From Vitrella brassicaformis CCMP3155 (lineage: Eukaryota > Protista > Chromerida), in NCBI GenBank assembly GCA_001179505.1, contig CDMY01000929.1, positions 62,001-126,000 on the forward strand: a DNA stretch of 64,000 bases, read 5' to 3'. The notes under the pieces are model-generated. The model was not told the origin of the DNA and did not search any database. It was given only the letters and a program-made list of their open reading frames with translations. The position numbers were made by a program, and so were the translations under genes. Below, one piece after another: positions 13,319 to 23,809 of this stretch (positions within the stretch are counted from its first letter, which is position 1; every line of letters starts with the position of its first letter).

Positions 13319-16300
13319 ATGGCAGAGCCTGCCGGGGAGGAGCCCATCCCAGCTCCCCCCGAGAAGCTGGAGGTGAACTTTGCCTATGGATACTCTGGAA
13401 GGTCAGACCTCCACGGATGGATGGACAGATGGATGGATGGATGGATCTCGCCTGGTCTGCTGGGTGTCTGTCAGCGTTCGCAACAATCTGTATTCGGTAT
13501 CGAGCAAAGAGGTCCTCTACTGCATCAACGGAGTAGCTGTCGGTCAGCTGCCGGCATGACAAGAGAAAGACGGGATCACGCCGGCCATTCCCTTGTCTGT
13601 CTGTTCTGGACAGTGCTGGACATCGAGTCCAACAGCCAGCGGTGTTTCAACGTCCACACGGGCCGCATCACGTGCATCGACTACAATGCAGCCACGGGAT
13701 ACGTCGCCACGGGTACGCACGTGCATCTTCAAACACCGACGCACATTCCTTCTCCCTGGTTGTTGTGTGCCGTGTCAACAGGTCAAGATGCGCCGCTCCC
13801 CCCGCTGCCCCCCGGTCTGGCGCGCCAGTCGTTCATATCCCTCTGGCGGGTCGGCGGATGCGGCGAGGCGGCGCGGCTCTTCGTCGAGGACCCCGTCGTG
13901 GAGGCATGCTGCTTCGCAAACGACGCATCCACTCTCTATGCCGTCGTGACACCTGACGTATCGACACCAGCAGACAACAGAATTGGGGTCCTCTATGCGT
14001 GGTACGGTGGGTGGGGGTGCGCCAGACGAGGCTCAGTGACGGGTGTCTCGTCATTCATTCTCTTGTTCTTTCTCTCGTGTAGGGAATTGGAGGGGCTGGA
14101 CCGTGGCGATCCGCCCCGGTCGGTGATGTCTGCAGTGGTGTCGGATCGTCCCGTGTTGGGCATCACAGCCCACCCCACCGACGCATCCCAGGTGGTCGTG
14201 TACGGCCACCAGCTGCTGAAGGCCATGCTGTGGAACCGTCACGACGAGGGCGAGCAGCTGGACCAGACCAACGCATCATGGGGCGGCATGGACCTGTCCA
14301 AGCGGGTGGCGGGGGCGGGGGACGGCAAGGGGCCACTCATAGTGACGGAGGCCAAACCGGGAGAGAGAGGCGGGATCCCACCCAATGTAAGCAGAGAGAT
14401 CAGGAGATGAAGAGAGACCAGCCACTGCCTCCGCTCTGTCTTGTGGTGTGTTTGTCAGATCATCACGTGTTGTCGATTTTTGTATGACGAGGAGGTCCGC
14501 TCCGCCCTGCAGTGTCGCCCGTCCAACAAACAGAAGACCACGACCAAAGCAGGGGAGCAACCAGCACCAGCAGCGGCAGCAGCAGCAGCAGCTGCTGCGG
14601 CGGCCAGTGGGAGGGGCAAGGGCAGTACTAGAGTTTCAAGCACGGTTGCTGCGGCCACGTCAGAGGGGACGGTGGTCATCCTGAGGGACATGATAGCCAT
14701 GTGTGTCATCGAACTGCCCACCAGAGGTACCCACCCACCCACCGCCCGAACGAGACACGACAAAGAGAGAGAGAAAGAGAGAGGGTCATGTAACAATGTC
14801 TGTGTCATGGATGTGTGTGTGCAGGGCTTGCGTTGTCGTTTGTGCTGCCCGATGACGAGGGCGGCTACGTGTGCGGGGGAGACGACGGCAAGATCTACTT
14901 CCTAGATCCAGACCACAACACAGCTGCAGAACCTGTAAGACCTGCCGTTCTTCTATACTCGGTGTCTATGCTTGTGTCTCGTGCTTGTCCCGGACTGCAG
15001 ATTGAGTGTAGCCTTGACGGCGAGGGGGTGCAGATCCGCACGTGCATATTCCCATCCAGACCATCCATCGTCATCGGTATGTACACACAACACACACACC
15101 TCGGCGCATGGCGACAAATGAAGATCCATCTTTCGGTTGTTGCAGGCACGGTGTCAGGCGATCTGTGTGTCGTGCACCCATCCTCGGCCCTCCCCGGCCC
15201 CGCCAGCCACGAGCCATCCGACACGGGCCGTTTGCTGCGGCTGGTGCCGTCACCCGGCCCCGTGTGTGCCATCGCGGCCCACCCATATCGGAACTCTGAG
15301 ATCGCTGTAGGCGCACAGAGCATCGCCAAGTGAGTGACCAACAGAGAAGAGAGGCCACACAGGGATGTGTGTCGTGGCGTTCATGAATGTCCCGTATGCT
15401 GTTTTGGTGCAGGTTCATCGACGTCGAGCACCATGCAGAGCTCCCCCGCCGCCCCTACCGTGTCAGCCTCGCCTCGGGCGCATCCAACTCATCTCCCGGA
15501 TTGGCCACCGGCACACGCACGGGGCCCGCAGCACCTGCAGCAGCAGCCGCCAACAGCAGCAGCAGCAGCAGCAGCAGCGGAGATGGTGGTGGCCCTCCGG
15601 TGTTTGTGACGTGTTTAGCGTATCATCTGACGGGTGAGGTGCTGGCCATCGGCACCAGCAAGGGCGGGCTGCACTTTGTGGCGACGCCTGACTGTGGGTA
15701 TGGGACTCCTATCCAAGACTGCAACAGGCAAGACATGGCACACGCCTTCTCGCCACATCCATCCATGCACCGATCCATGCGTTGTGTCCGTCCATGTGTG
15801 CAGATTGTGTCGTGAGAGGGTTGGATCCTGGTCGATCGGAGACATGGGTTTCGCCCCGTCGGGGGAGTTCATCGCCGCCACGTCCGCCTCATCACCCGAG
15901 GCGGCCATCTACCACGTCGTCGTGCAACTCAGAGGCATCATGCCCTACCTCAGGGTGAGAGAGAGAGAGATTGAGACAAAGAGGAAGGAGCCCATTCAAC
16001 TCTGCTTCACGATTTGTGATGTCTTGTGGGGGGTCATGTGTACAGGTTGAGAAGCGTTGCAGTCTGCAGGGCGGCCCGTCCCCGTTCCACGAGCTGCAGT
16101 TCTTCGAGGACTCGTCGCTCCTCATGATCACCGACAAAACCAAAAACGTACCTCAGGATATCACAGTGCGTTGCGCAAATGGGTATTCCACTCGCGTCTT
16201 GTCTTTGGTGTGTGGGTGCTGCATCCATCAATCAGATAATGTGGTGGCGTGTGCCCGAGGGTGCCCGGCTGGACACGATGCAGGGGGATGATTTGGGGGT

Positions 16301-19256
16301 CATCCAGTCGGCCATCTGGTTCTCCGACAGCCACCCATGGAGACTCACCACTGGATTCCTCGGTGAGATGCCACCCTCCCTCCCTCCTTGCTGCTGACCA
16401 TACCATTTGTGTGTGTTCTTTGTGGGTCAGTTGGCGGCATCGTGGGTGAGAGCAGCGGTGGTCAGTATTTGGGGATGGCCACCAGTGCCATCGTCGGCTG
16501 CGAGTCGGCCAGACGACACCACCTACTCGCCGCGGGAACCACATGTGGCAGGTGAGGAAGGAGGGAGGGAGGGAGGGAAGGTGAATCACGACCGGGCTGC
16601 AAAGGATGTGTTCGTTGTGGGTTCAGAGTGCGTTTGTTTCCTTTCCCGTGTCCTGCCGTGGCGGACTGCCACGAGCACTGGGGGCACGCTGCAGCCATCT
16701 CATCTGTCAAGTAAGAAGAACACATCTGTCTCAGACACCGACACATGTGTGCTGCATGTTGATTGACACGTGCGTCAGGTGGACACAGGATGACACACTC
16801 ATCACCAGTGGCGGCAAGGACAACTGCATCATACAAGTGGGTGCACACACAACACACCGACCTGCCCGGACCACAACACACATGGCATCCGTCTTCTCTC
16901 TATGCAGTGGCGCATCATCGACTCCGACGCCCCTTGCCCGGCTCCCCCGATCATCGAAGAAGAGCCCAGCACAGCGGCAGCGGCAGCAGCGCAGCGGTCG
17001 CCACTCGCCCCCTCCAGCAACCAGCGAATGAAGAAGGAGACCTTCGGCGTGGGGCCACCGTCCGGCTACGGCCCCCCATTCAGGGGTCCAGCGATGATGG
17101 TACCGCACATGCGACCGAGCTACCCAGCACCCCACGGCATGCACGCCCCGCAGATGGAGGAGGCCGGCGTGTATGGGGCGCAGATGAGATCGCGGAGAGG
17201 GAGAGCTGCAGGCCCCTTCATCTCTTATGGCTCTCGCCTGCCCGGCCCGCCCGGCTTCACGGGCCCCGGTGTTCCCGGCTTCGTCCACGGGCGTGTGGAG
17301 ACAGTGGACACCGACAGCCGCATTTCGTTCCCCCTCCCGCAGCCATCACCCTACGCGTCGTTTCGCCCTCCCCCTGGCTCGCCGGCTCCATTCCAGCTGC
17401 ACCACTTCGCCAAGCGGCCGCCGCCCCCCTCGCCATTCATCCGGCCCCACGGACCACCTATCGGCGGCCCGCAGGCTCATGCTGGGCCGCGAATGAATGA
17501 CGGGAGCGTCATGCGGCCGCCCGTGCCTCCGTTGGGGTGGATCATGAGCCATGGTGGTCGCCCGATGCTTCCCATGCCCCAGAGAGAGGAGGGCCCGACA
17601 CAGCAGCAGCAGCAGCAGCAGCAAGCGACGAGAGAGGGCGAGATGGAGCAGAAGCAGAGGCCACAGACGGAGAGAAAGAGGCGTTCGGCAACCGATGATG
17701 AGTCTCGGGAGGTGGCGGCGTTGGTGACGTCTCGCTACCCCGCCCATCGCCCAGTGCCCATCCTGCCGTCGAATGGTCCCCCTGGCCACCCACCGGTGGT
17801 CGGCCTGCCGCAGACACTCACACATCGCCCCCCTGGCCCTCCGCCACCCTTCACGCCGCCATACATCCTCTCTCTACCCTCTCGCCCACCGCCGGGGCCG
17901 CCCATGGGCCCGCCGATCAAAGCGCCCCCAGCAGACTTCGAGGAACAGGACATCTTGATCGACATCGACCTGGATCCTCGGCCACCGAGCCCTGTGATCA
18001 AACCCTGTCCGAGCAAGAAGGGCAGGAAGAAGCGCCGTGCGCAGAAGTGGCAAAATCACAGCCCAGAGGTGAACCGTCTTTTTACCCAGCAGCCCCCTCA
18101 TGCTGACCGCCCCAGCAGCCCTGCCCCCCTTTCCTCCCTCCTCACACTCGGAGTCAACAAGTCCGCAGCCATGGCCATGTCGGCCGATGACGGAACGCGC
18201 GACTCACTCCGCTCGCAGATCGACAAGCTCCATCCCGGTGAGGTGGACGTGATGCTGGGCCTCGTCAAGCAGCACATAGAGGAGGTTCTGGGCCGTCTGG
18301 GGTTGCAGGATGCCTTGTCTTTCACAGCCACTGATCTGGAGGGCGCCTTCAAGATCGTCCATTTGCTGGAGCAGGGCAGCAGCGAGTGGCGGCTGATGGG
18401 ACGATTCATCCGCATGGCCTCCACCGAGAAGATGACCGAATATGGGCCTCAACGGCCTCTGGTGCTATCGGCTGACTCGCTGCCCACCATGTCGGTGCTG
18501 CAGCAGCAGCCCCTCGCCATGGCCATCTACATGCTCATCGGAGATCAGCTGAGATACCATGGAGATAGCCTTCAGCTGCAGCTGCTTGACAACGGGACGT
18601 ATCGGCTGCCTCACGTCGGTGACTTTCGTGTGGTGCCGCTGGATGAGTTGCCGGCCAACCATCCCTTTGCTGTGGGCTACGACGAGACCGACCCAGTCAT
18701 CAGCGAGTCGACCTTCAGTCTCCTTGGCATCTTGCCCCGCCTCTTTCCCTCCTTCACGTCATTTCTACAGGGCGCTCTGCTTGGCAGGTGGTGTCGGGGG
18801 TCTTTTAAGGAGGTAGGACACCGTTCACTCAGTATCCAGATGCTGACTGTCGAGATTCCCGAGGAGGAGGGCATCACCGTGGAGGTCGGCCGCCAGGGTC
18901 GTGATGCGCTGGACCATGGCTACATCGTCGTGAGCGGGTACCGGCCCACCGACACGTTCATCGCCTTCGCGTACCTCTCACACCTGGGAATGAGCTCACT
19001 CTCTCTGCACACCTCTGAACGGCGTGCTGACTACTCTTCTGACCTGATCACCGACCGTTTCCCCCTGTCGGCGGCCATGTGGCCCCCTGTGCTGGGACGA
19101 CTCGACCTCGCTCTCGAGGACATCTTGATCGACATCGACCTGGATCCTCGGCCGCCGTCCCCTGTGATCCGACCCGGCCGAAGCAAGAAGGGCAGGAAGA
19201 AGCCCCGTGCGCAAAAGTGGCAAAATCACAGCCCAGAGGTGAACCAACAGATGTGA
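13319..19256 (+). CDS. EML/EMAP-like WD40 microtubule-associated protein with a very long final exon
   Basis: The N-terminus is HELP-like (KLEVNFAYGYSG / RNNLYSVSSKEVLYCINGVAV / VLDIESNSQRCFNVHTGRITCID). The C-terminus is EML-typical (LFPFPC...GHAAAISSV / VRWTQDDTLITSGGKDNCIIQ|WRII). The last exon, 16908-19256, is stop-free. Confidence 0.85.
17947..18075 (+). repeat. 129-bp direct repeat, copy 1 (encodes DILIDIDLDPRPPSPVI...KKGRKK..AQKWQNHSPEVN)
   Basis: Near-identical to 19117-19245; the offset is 1170 bp, so both copies are in the same frame. Confidence 0.97.
18173..19116 (+). CDS. Intronless lineage-specific globular domain embedded in the EML last exon
   Basis: It has its own MAMS start-like context and about 310 aa of non-repetitive sequence. 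It shares motifs with gene Y (GL...F...LE-x-G...W; C-terminal T-[TS]-E...RFPL-[TS]). Confidence 0.65.
19117..19245 (+). repeat. 129-bp direct repeat, copy 2
   Basis: Near-identical to 17947-18075; followed by QQM and the stop codon. Confidence 0.97.
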
Positions 19257-19785
19257 CACAATCAATGAGTGTACATATGTTGGTGCCTGCTGTGTGTTTT
19301 GTTTTGTATGCGGGCAGCAGCGTCCGAGACTCGAAGGGAAGGAAGAGGAATTACAAGGAGAACCGGGCCCCCAGACCCCCGCCCGGGATGAGTAGAGAGA
19401 CAGGGCGATGAAATGGGTGGGTGGGTGGGTGGGTGATTGTCTGTCTGTCTCTGCATGGGCACTGACGCGCAGGACCAGATGCAACACCCCACAGCCATTC
19501 ATTGCTCTGGATTGAGGTCAAACCTGATGTCCTGCCACCACACGAATGAACGCTGGCAATCTCATTTCCTCACTCTCATCGCCCGCCCACGCAAACCACA
19601 ACGGCGCCACCTAACCCACTGCCCACAACACGACCAGAGCCCGTGTACAGGGCGCGCGCTACATCGCAGGGATTGACGGAAGGACAAATGAAGCGCTTAC
19701 ACCTCCATCACGGCATACGTCACGTCAGTCAGTCAGTCAGTCGATCGGTCAAGGTGGGGATGCAGAGACGACCATGGCCGTTGTC

Positions 19786-20240
19786 ACACAACACACAATC
19801 ATCGACAAATGTCCCAGCCAAAATGCGTTTGCAACCCACTAAATGGGTTCATTCAGCTACACCGCTCCCTTCTCCACTTCCTTCCCCCGTCAGTGAAGGC
19901 ACCCCACTCGCCCCTCCCCTCGCCCGCGCCTCCCTGAAGAAGGTGCGGAGCAGCTGCCTGGCCTCGCTGGCCATGACGCCCCCCCTCACAGTCATCTGGT
20001 GGAAGGGATGCTTCGGCTCGGTGGCCAGCGACACCCAGCTGCCCGCACCCATGGCCGTTAGGTCAAGGTGTGATGACTCATCTTGTGCTCATTCATGAGC
20101 GCTCTTCAATCCTCGCGTAAGTCAGGCTCTGAGTCTTCCAGACAAGCCATGACTCAGAAATCGCAGACTGACAACGCACACATACAACCAACATTAGCCA
20201 CCACAGACACGCTGAGTGGCCTCGTAGACATCAGCAGACT
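19786..20240. mobile_element. 455-bp insertion flanked by a 7-bp direct repeat (CGTTGTC)
   Basis: The uninterrupted paralogous site near 28900-28920 reads GACCAGGGC-CGTTGTC-GGCCGTC. Here CGTTGTC occurs at 19779-19785 and again at 20241-20247, with the left and right flanks of that site on either side. No TIRs or poly(A) seen. Confidence 0.6.
19849..20052 (-). pseudogene. C-terminal fragment of a TadA-like tRNA adenosine deaminase
   Basis: GAGSWVSLATEPKHPFHQMTVRGGVMASEARQLLRTFFREAR resembles the C-terminus of bacterial/plant organellar TadA (GA-x-GSW...HPFH...RxGV...E...LL..FF..RR). The HAE and PCxxC catalytic motifs are absent. Confidence 0.6.
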
Positions 20241-22837
20241 CGTTGTCGGCCGTCTACTGGGGCGAGGACATTGAGAAAACGGTCGACGAGATATAAAATG
20301 TAGACAGCGGTAATTCCTCGGGCCTTCAAAGGGGCAGAGGAAGAGACACAGACACAGAGAGACACACGGTGGAACACACACATACAACACACACATACAT
20401 ACACGCTTCTATGGGTGTATTGTCTCGTGTGTGTGTGTGTGTGTGTGTGTTTACCTGCAGTCAGGCTGTGAGGCGCCGAAAACCACCTCCTCGGCCTCCT
20501 GCATGAAGGAACACTCGGCCTGCCTCTGCCCTGTCTGCGGTCACTAACCTGCAGCTCTTTCAGGGTGTGGTCGAGGTCGGCGATGCGTCTCGTGAGCCGG
20601 TCTTCGAGCAGGTTCAGGCGGGCTGCATAGACAGACAGACAGAGAGAGCGTGTTGGCGTGTCCACATACTACATGGACGGCAGTTTGGTCACCCTTGGCT
20701 CGGTCTCGGTCCTCAACGAGCAACACTATCTCATCGATGAAGTCCTTGTCGGTGGACACGGCCGCCATCACTGAAGGAAATAAAGGCGACTGTGCTCTTG
20801 GTCGACGCATGCACACGCGTGTCCGCTCGCTCTGTCCCTCCTGTCCTGTCCTGCCTCCCTATGGCCCCCCTCGCTCCCAGCCATCGTGAGACGGCCTTTC
20901 TTGCGTACCTCGCAAGACCTTGTCTGTCTTGGCAGAGTGAGGGATGCGGTCCATGTGCCAGAGGTGCAGCTCCAACAGGCTGGTTGCTGCTGTGGCCATT
21001 GCTGCTCCAGCTCCCTCTTCTCGTCTGCCGGCATGAATGGCGGATATGCACAGACATGCCGCAAAGAATCGATCAAGGGATTGTCTGTCTCTCCTCGTGT
21101 GTGGCTGCTCTGACCCCATTGTGCAACTGTGACTGACCCTTTATTTCTCGGATGTGTGCGTACAACTCCTCAAGGCGCCCCTTGAACTCCTGGATGCGGG
21201 CTGCATAGACAGAGAGCGTGTGGGCGTGTCCACATACATACATTGACGGAGTTTGGTCTCACCCTTCGCGTATTCTCGGTCCTCGATGAGCTCCCTTATC
21301 CCCTCCATGAGCAGCCGGTCGCTGGGGATGGTCGCTATCACGGCTGCAGCATTGGGAGCGACGCACAGCACACAGAGAAGAAGGAAATGAAGGCGACTGT
21401 GCTCTCCGTCGACGCATGCACACGCGTGTCCGCTCGCTCTGTCCCTCCTACCCTGTCCTGCATCCCTATGGCCCTCCTCGCTCCCAGCCGTCCTGCCCTC
21501 TTTCTGTCCGTTCCTGAGGCTCGGAGTCTCTCCTTACCTCGTCCGACCATCTCCCTTTTGACGCGAGGCGGGCCGGCTGTTTAACAGAGGTTCAGCCGGC
21601 AGACAGGGTATGAGTGTGGCCCCGTGGCCTCTCTCTCTCTCTCTCTGTGTCTGTCTGTCTGTCTGTTTATTGTGTGTGTCCCCACCATCAGTTTGCTGTT
21701 GCTGAGTGTCTCTATGAGTGTTTTCTCGAAGGTGGGACCGTCTCAAACTGACTGCAGACAGCATCCATCCATCCATCCACATCAACACACGTCTCTGTCC
21801 GTGCGTGTGTGTGCTGCTCGACGGTGCGTACGCCTGCAGGGTGGCGTAGGGGGTGAGTGCTCTCTCCACCATGGTGAACAGGCTTCGAAGCAACTCCTCC
21901 TTCCACGAGCTCAAGATGACGACCAACTGACCGAGCCATCCATCCATCCATCCCGCAATGACAAACACATGGAGAGCGTCGTGTGTATTCATGGCCAGTG
22001 TGATAACCCATGGCACACGTACGTACGTACCTGTTGCTTCTTCTTGTGGCGGACCTGCACCAGCCACGGCTGCACCGACGGGATCTTGTTGCCCGGCGCC
22101 CCGATGGGGACACTGCCCTGCCCGCCGGTGCAGAACATGCTATCAATCAGATTACACAACACGTGCACAGGTACAGTACAGTAGACACACAACAAACAGC
22201 CGTGGATGTGGGTATGTGTGTGTACCCGTGTGGTGTGTGAATCAATGTGTGTCCCGGCCCCACCCCACCCACCGGTGCTTGAGCGAGATGCTCATGCCAC
22301 AGTCGAGCAGCAGATCCACCTTCTCGGCCAACTGACGGATGGGAGACAGACAGGTATGTATGCAGTCGCACAGATAGGTGTGGTCGCGTCCGCGTGTGAG
22401 TGTTCATCTGCATGTGTCTGTACCACGTAGGCCTTGACCACCTTCCAATAGCGACAGACACCCATCAGCACCTTTGCCAACGGCGTGGCCAGCGCTGTGT
22501 GACATGGACACACACATACACACACACACACACGCAGAAGAGTTCTTGTCCGTGCACTCGTACTCTTTGCCCTTCCAAACGTAGTCCTCCTTGCCGCCCG
22601 TCACGTCCACGTCCCCCTCGAAGTTGTGCTGCTGAAACCACGATGAATGGACATCACACAGCCATGTCACATGGCGCAAGGCGAGCCGTCCATTCATCCA
22701 TCCCATCCATCCATCCCCTTCCTTGCTTAGTGACGTGATCGCCCTCTGCCTCTGACCTCCTCGTTCTCCCTCTCCTCGGACTGCTGTGACTCGATGTCGG
22801 AATACCTCAGCCCCTCCTCACCGCTGTTGCGACGCAT
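20231..22837 (-). CDS. Multi-exon hypothetical protein with duplicated coiled-coil exons; last exon interrupted by the insertion
   Basis: Exons read MRRNSGEEGLRYSD..., HNFEGDVDVTGGKEDYVWKGKEYEC, LAEKVDLLLDCGMSISLKHR, LLMEGIRELIEDREYAKG, ARIQEFKGRLEEL, FIDEIVLLVEDRDRAKG, ARLNLLEDRL and ARGITAVYILYLVD. Some junctions are unresolved. Confidence 0.55.
20610..21489. repeat. Intragenic tandem duplication of an exon-intron-exon block
   Basis: 20773-20882 is highly similar to 21380-21489, and gctgcatagacag...ggcgtgtccacatac recurs near 20624 and 21201. The period is about 600 bp. Confidence 0.9.
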
Positions 22838-23269
22838 GACCGACACGAACGCTGGCTGCTCGGCTCGACTCCACAGGCGGACGGACGGACAGTGGGCTTT
22901 ATCGAAGGAAGAGCCTTCAGGCAGGCTCTCAGTGAATTCTGCTCGACACTGAAAAGACGACAGCCTATCATATCAACACGTGTCCCTTCTCCGGTTTCGG
23001 CCGGCTGGCCAAAGGCGAAGGCTTATGTGCCCCCCGTTTCGGGCTGCGGGCCGCCCGCAGGGACGGGCGGCGCTGCTCCCTCCCCCGGCCCAGCCGCGCG
23101 CTGCTGTTTGTCTTTGCCTGTCTCGTCAATGAGGGAGCGGGAGGTCGATGGGAGGTTGTGAGGGAGGGCGGCTGGCGAAGAGAACAGGTGAATGGGGACA
23201 GAGATGGAGGGGATATGGAGGAAACAGCGCAAACTGTGGCAAATCTGCTGAGAAATCTGCTAAAAATCA

Positions 23270-23375
23270 CTGAATTGTAAATCGCGGCGTCTCTGTCTCC
23301 GGTGAGAATTCTCGACAAACATCCGAATTCGCTCGGAAAAGGCACTGAGCGTCTCACCGGATTGACCACAGGTGG
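23270..23375. promoter_or_regulatory. Conserved non-coding element, copy 1
   Basis: Shares gtctctgtctccggYgagaattc, ctcggaaaaggcactgag and ttgaccacag with 29440-29555. Both copies lie 5' of minus-strand coding units. Regulatory function is inferred only. Confidence 0.5.
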
Positions 23376-23809
23376 CTCTATGCCTGTCATGCCGTCAAAA
23401 TGGAGACGATTTGGCGAAACACTTTGGCAGGGGTCAACATCGAGGGTTATGTGCCGCTCCATCATCAGTACAGGTCAACACACCACACAAAAAGGGCATG
23501 CACAGATGGATATCAATGACACACTCAGTGGCACGCATATAGAATACACTTGCAATAGGCACAGAAAAAGGCTTCTGTGTTGCCTTGAGGCTCTCTTTCT
23601 CTCATTATCAGAGGATGCCCCTGTTGCCTCCCCTGCGTCTGCCTCCGCCACGGCCGCCGCCACGACCACCACACTGACACACACAATAGACACATGTGCA
23701 CTAAGGCAGCAATGTGTATTGTAGGTACACAGGAGAGAAGGCGTGTGTACGCCACTCGCCCGGTTGTATCCTCCACGCCTGCTTGGCCCGCTGCTGCTGT
23801 TTCGGCTGC

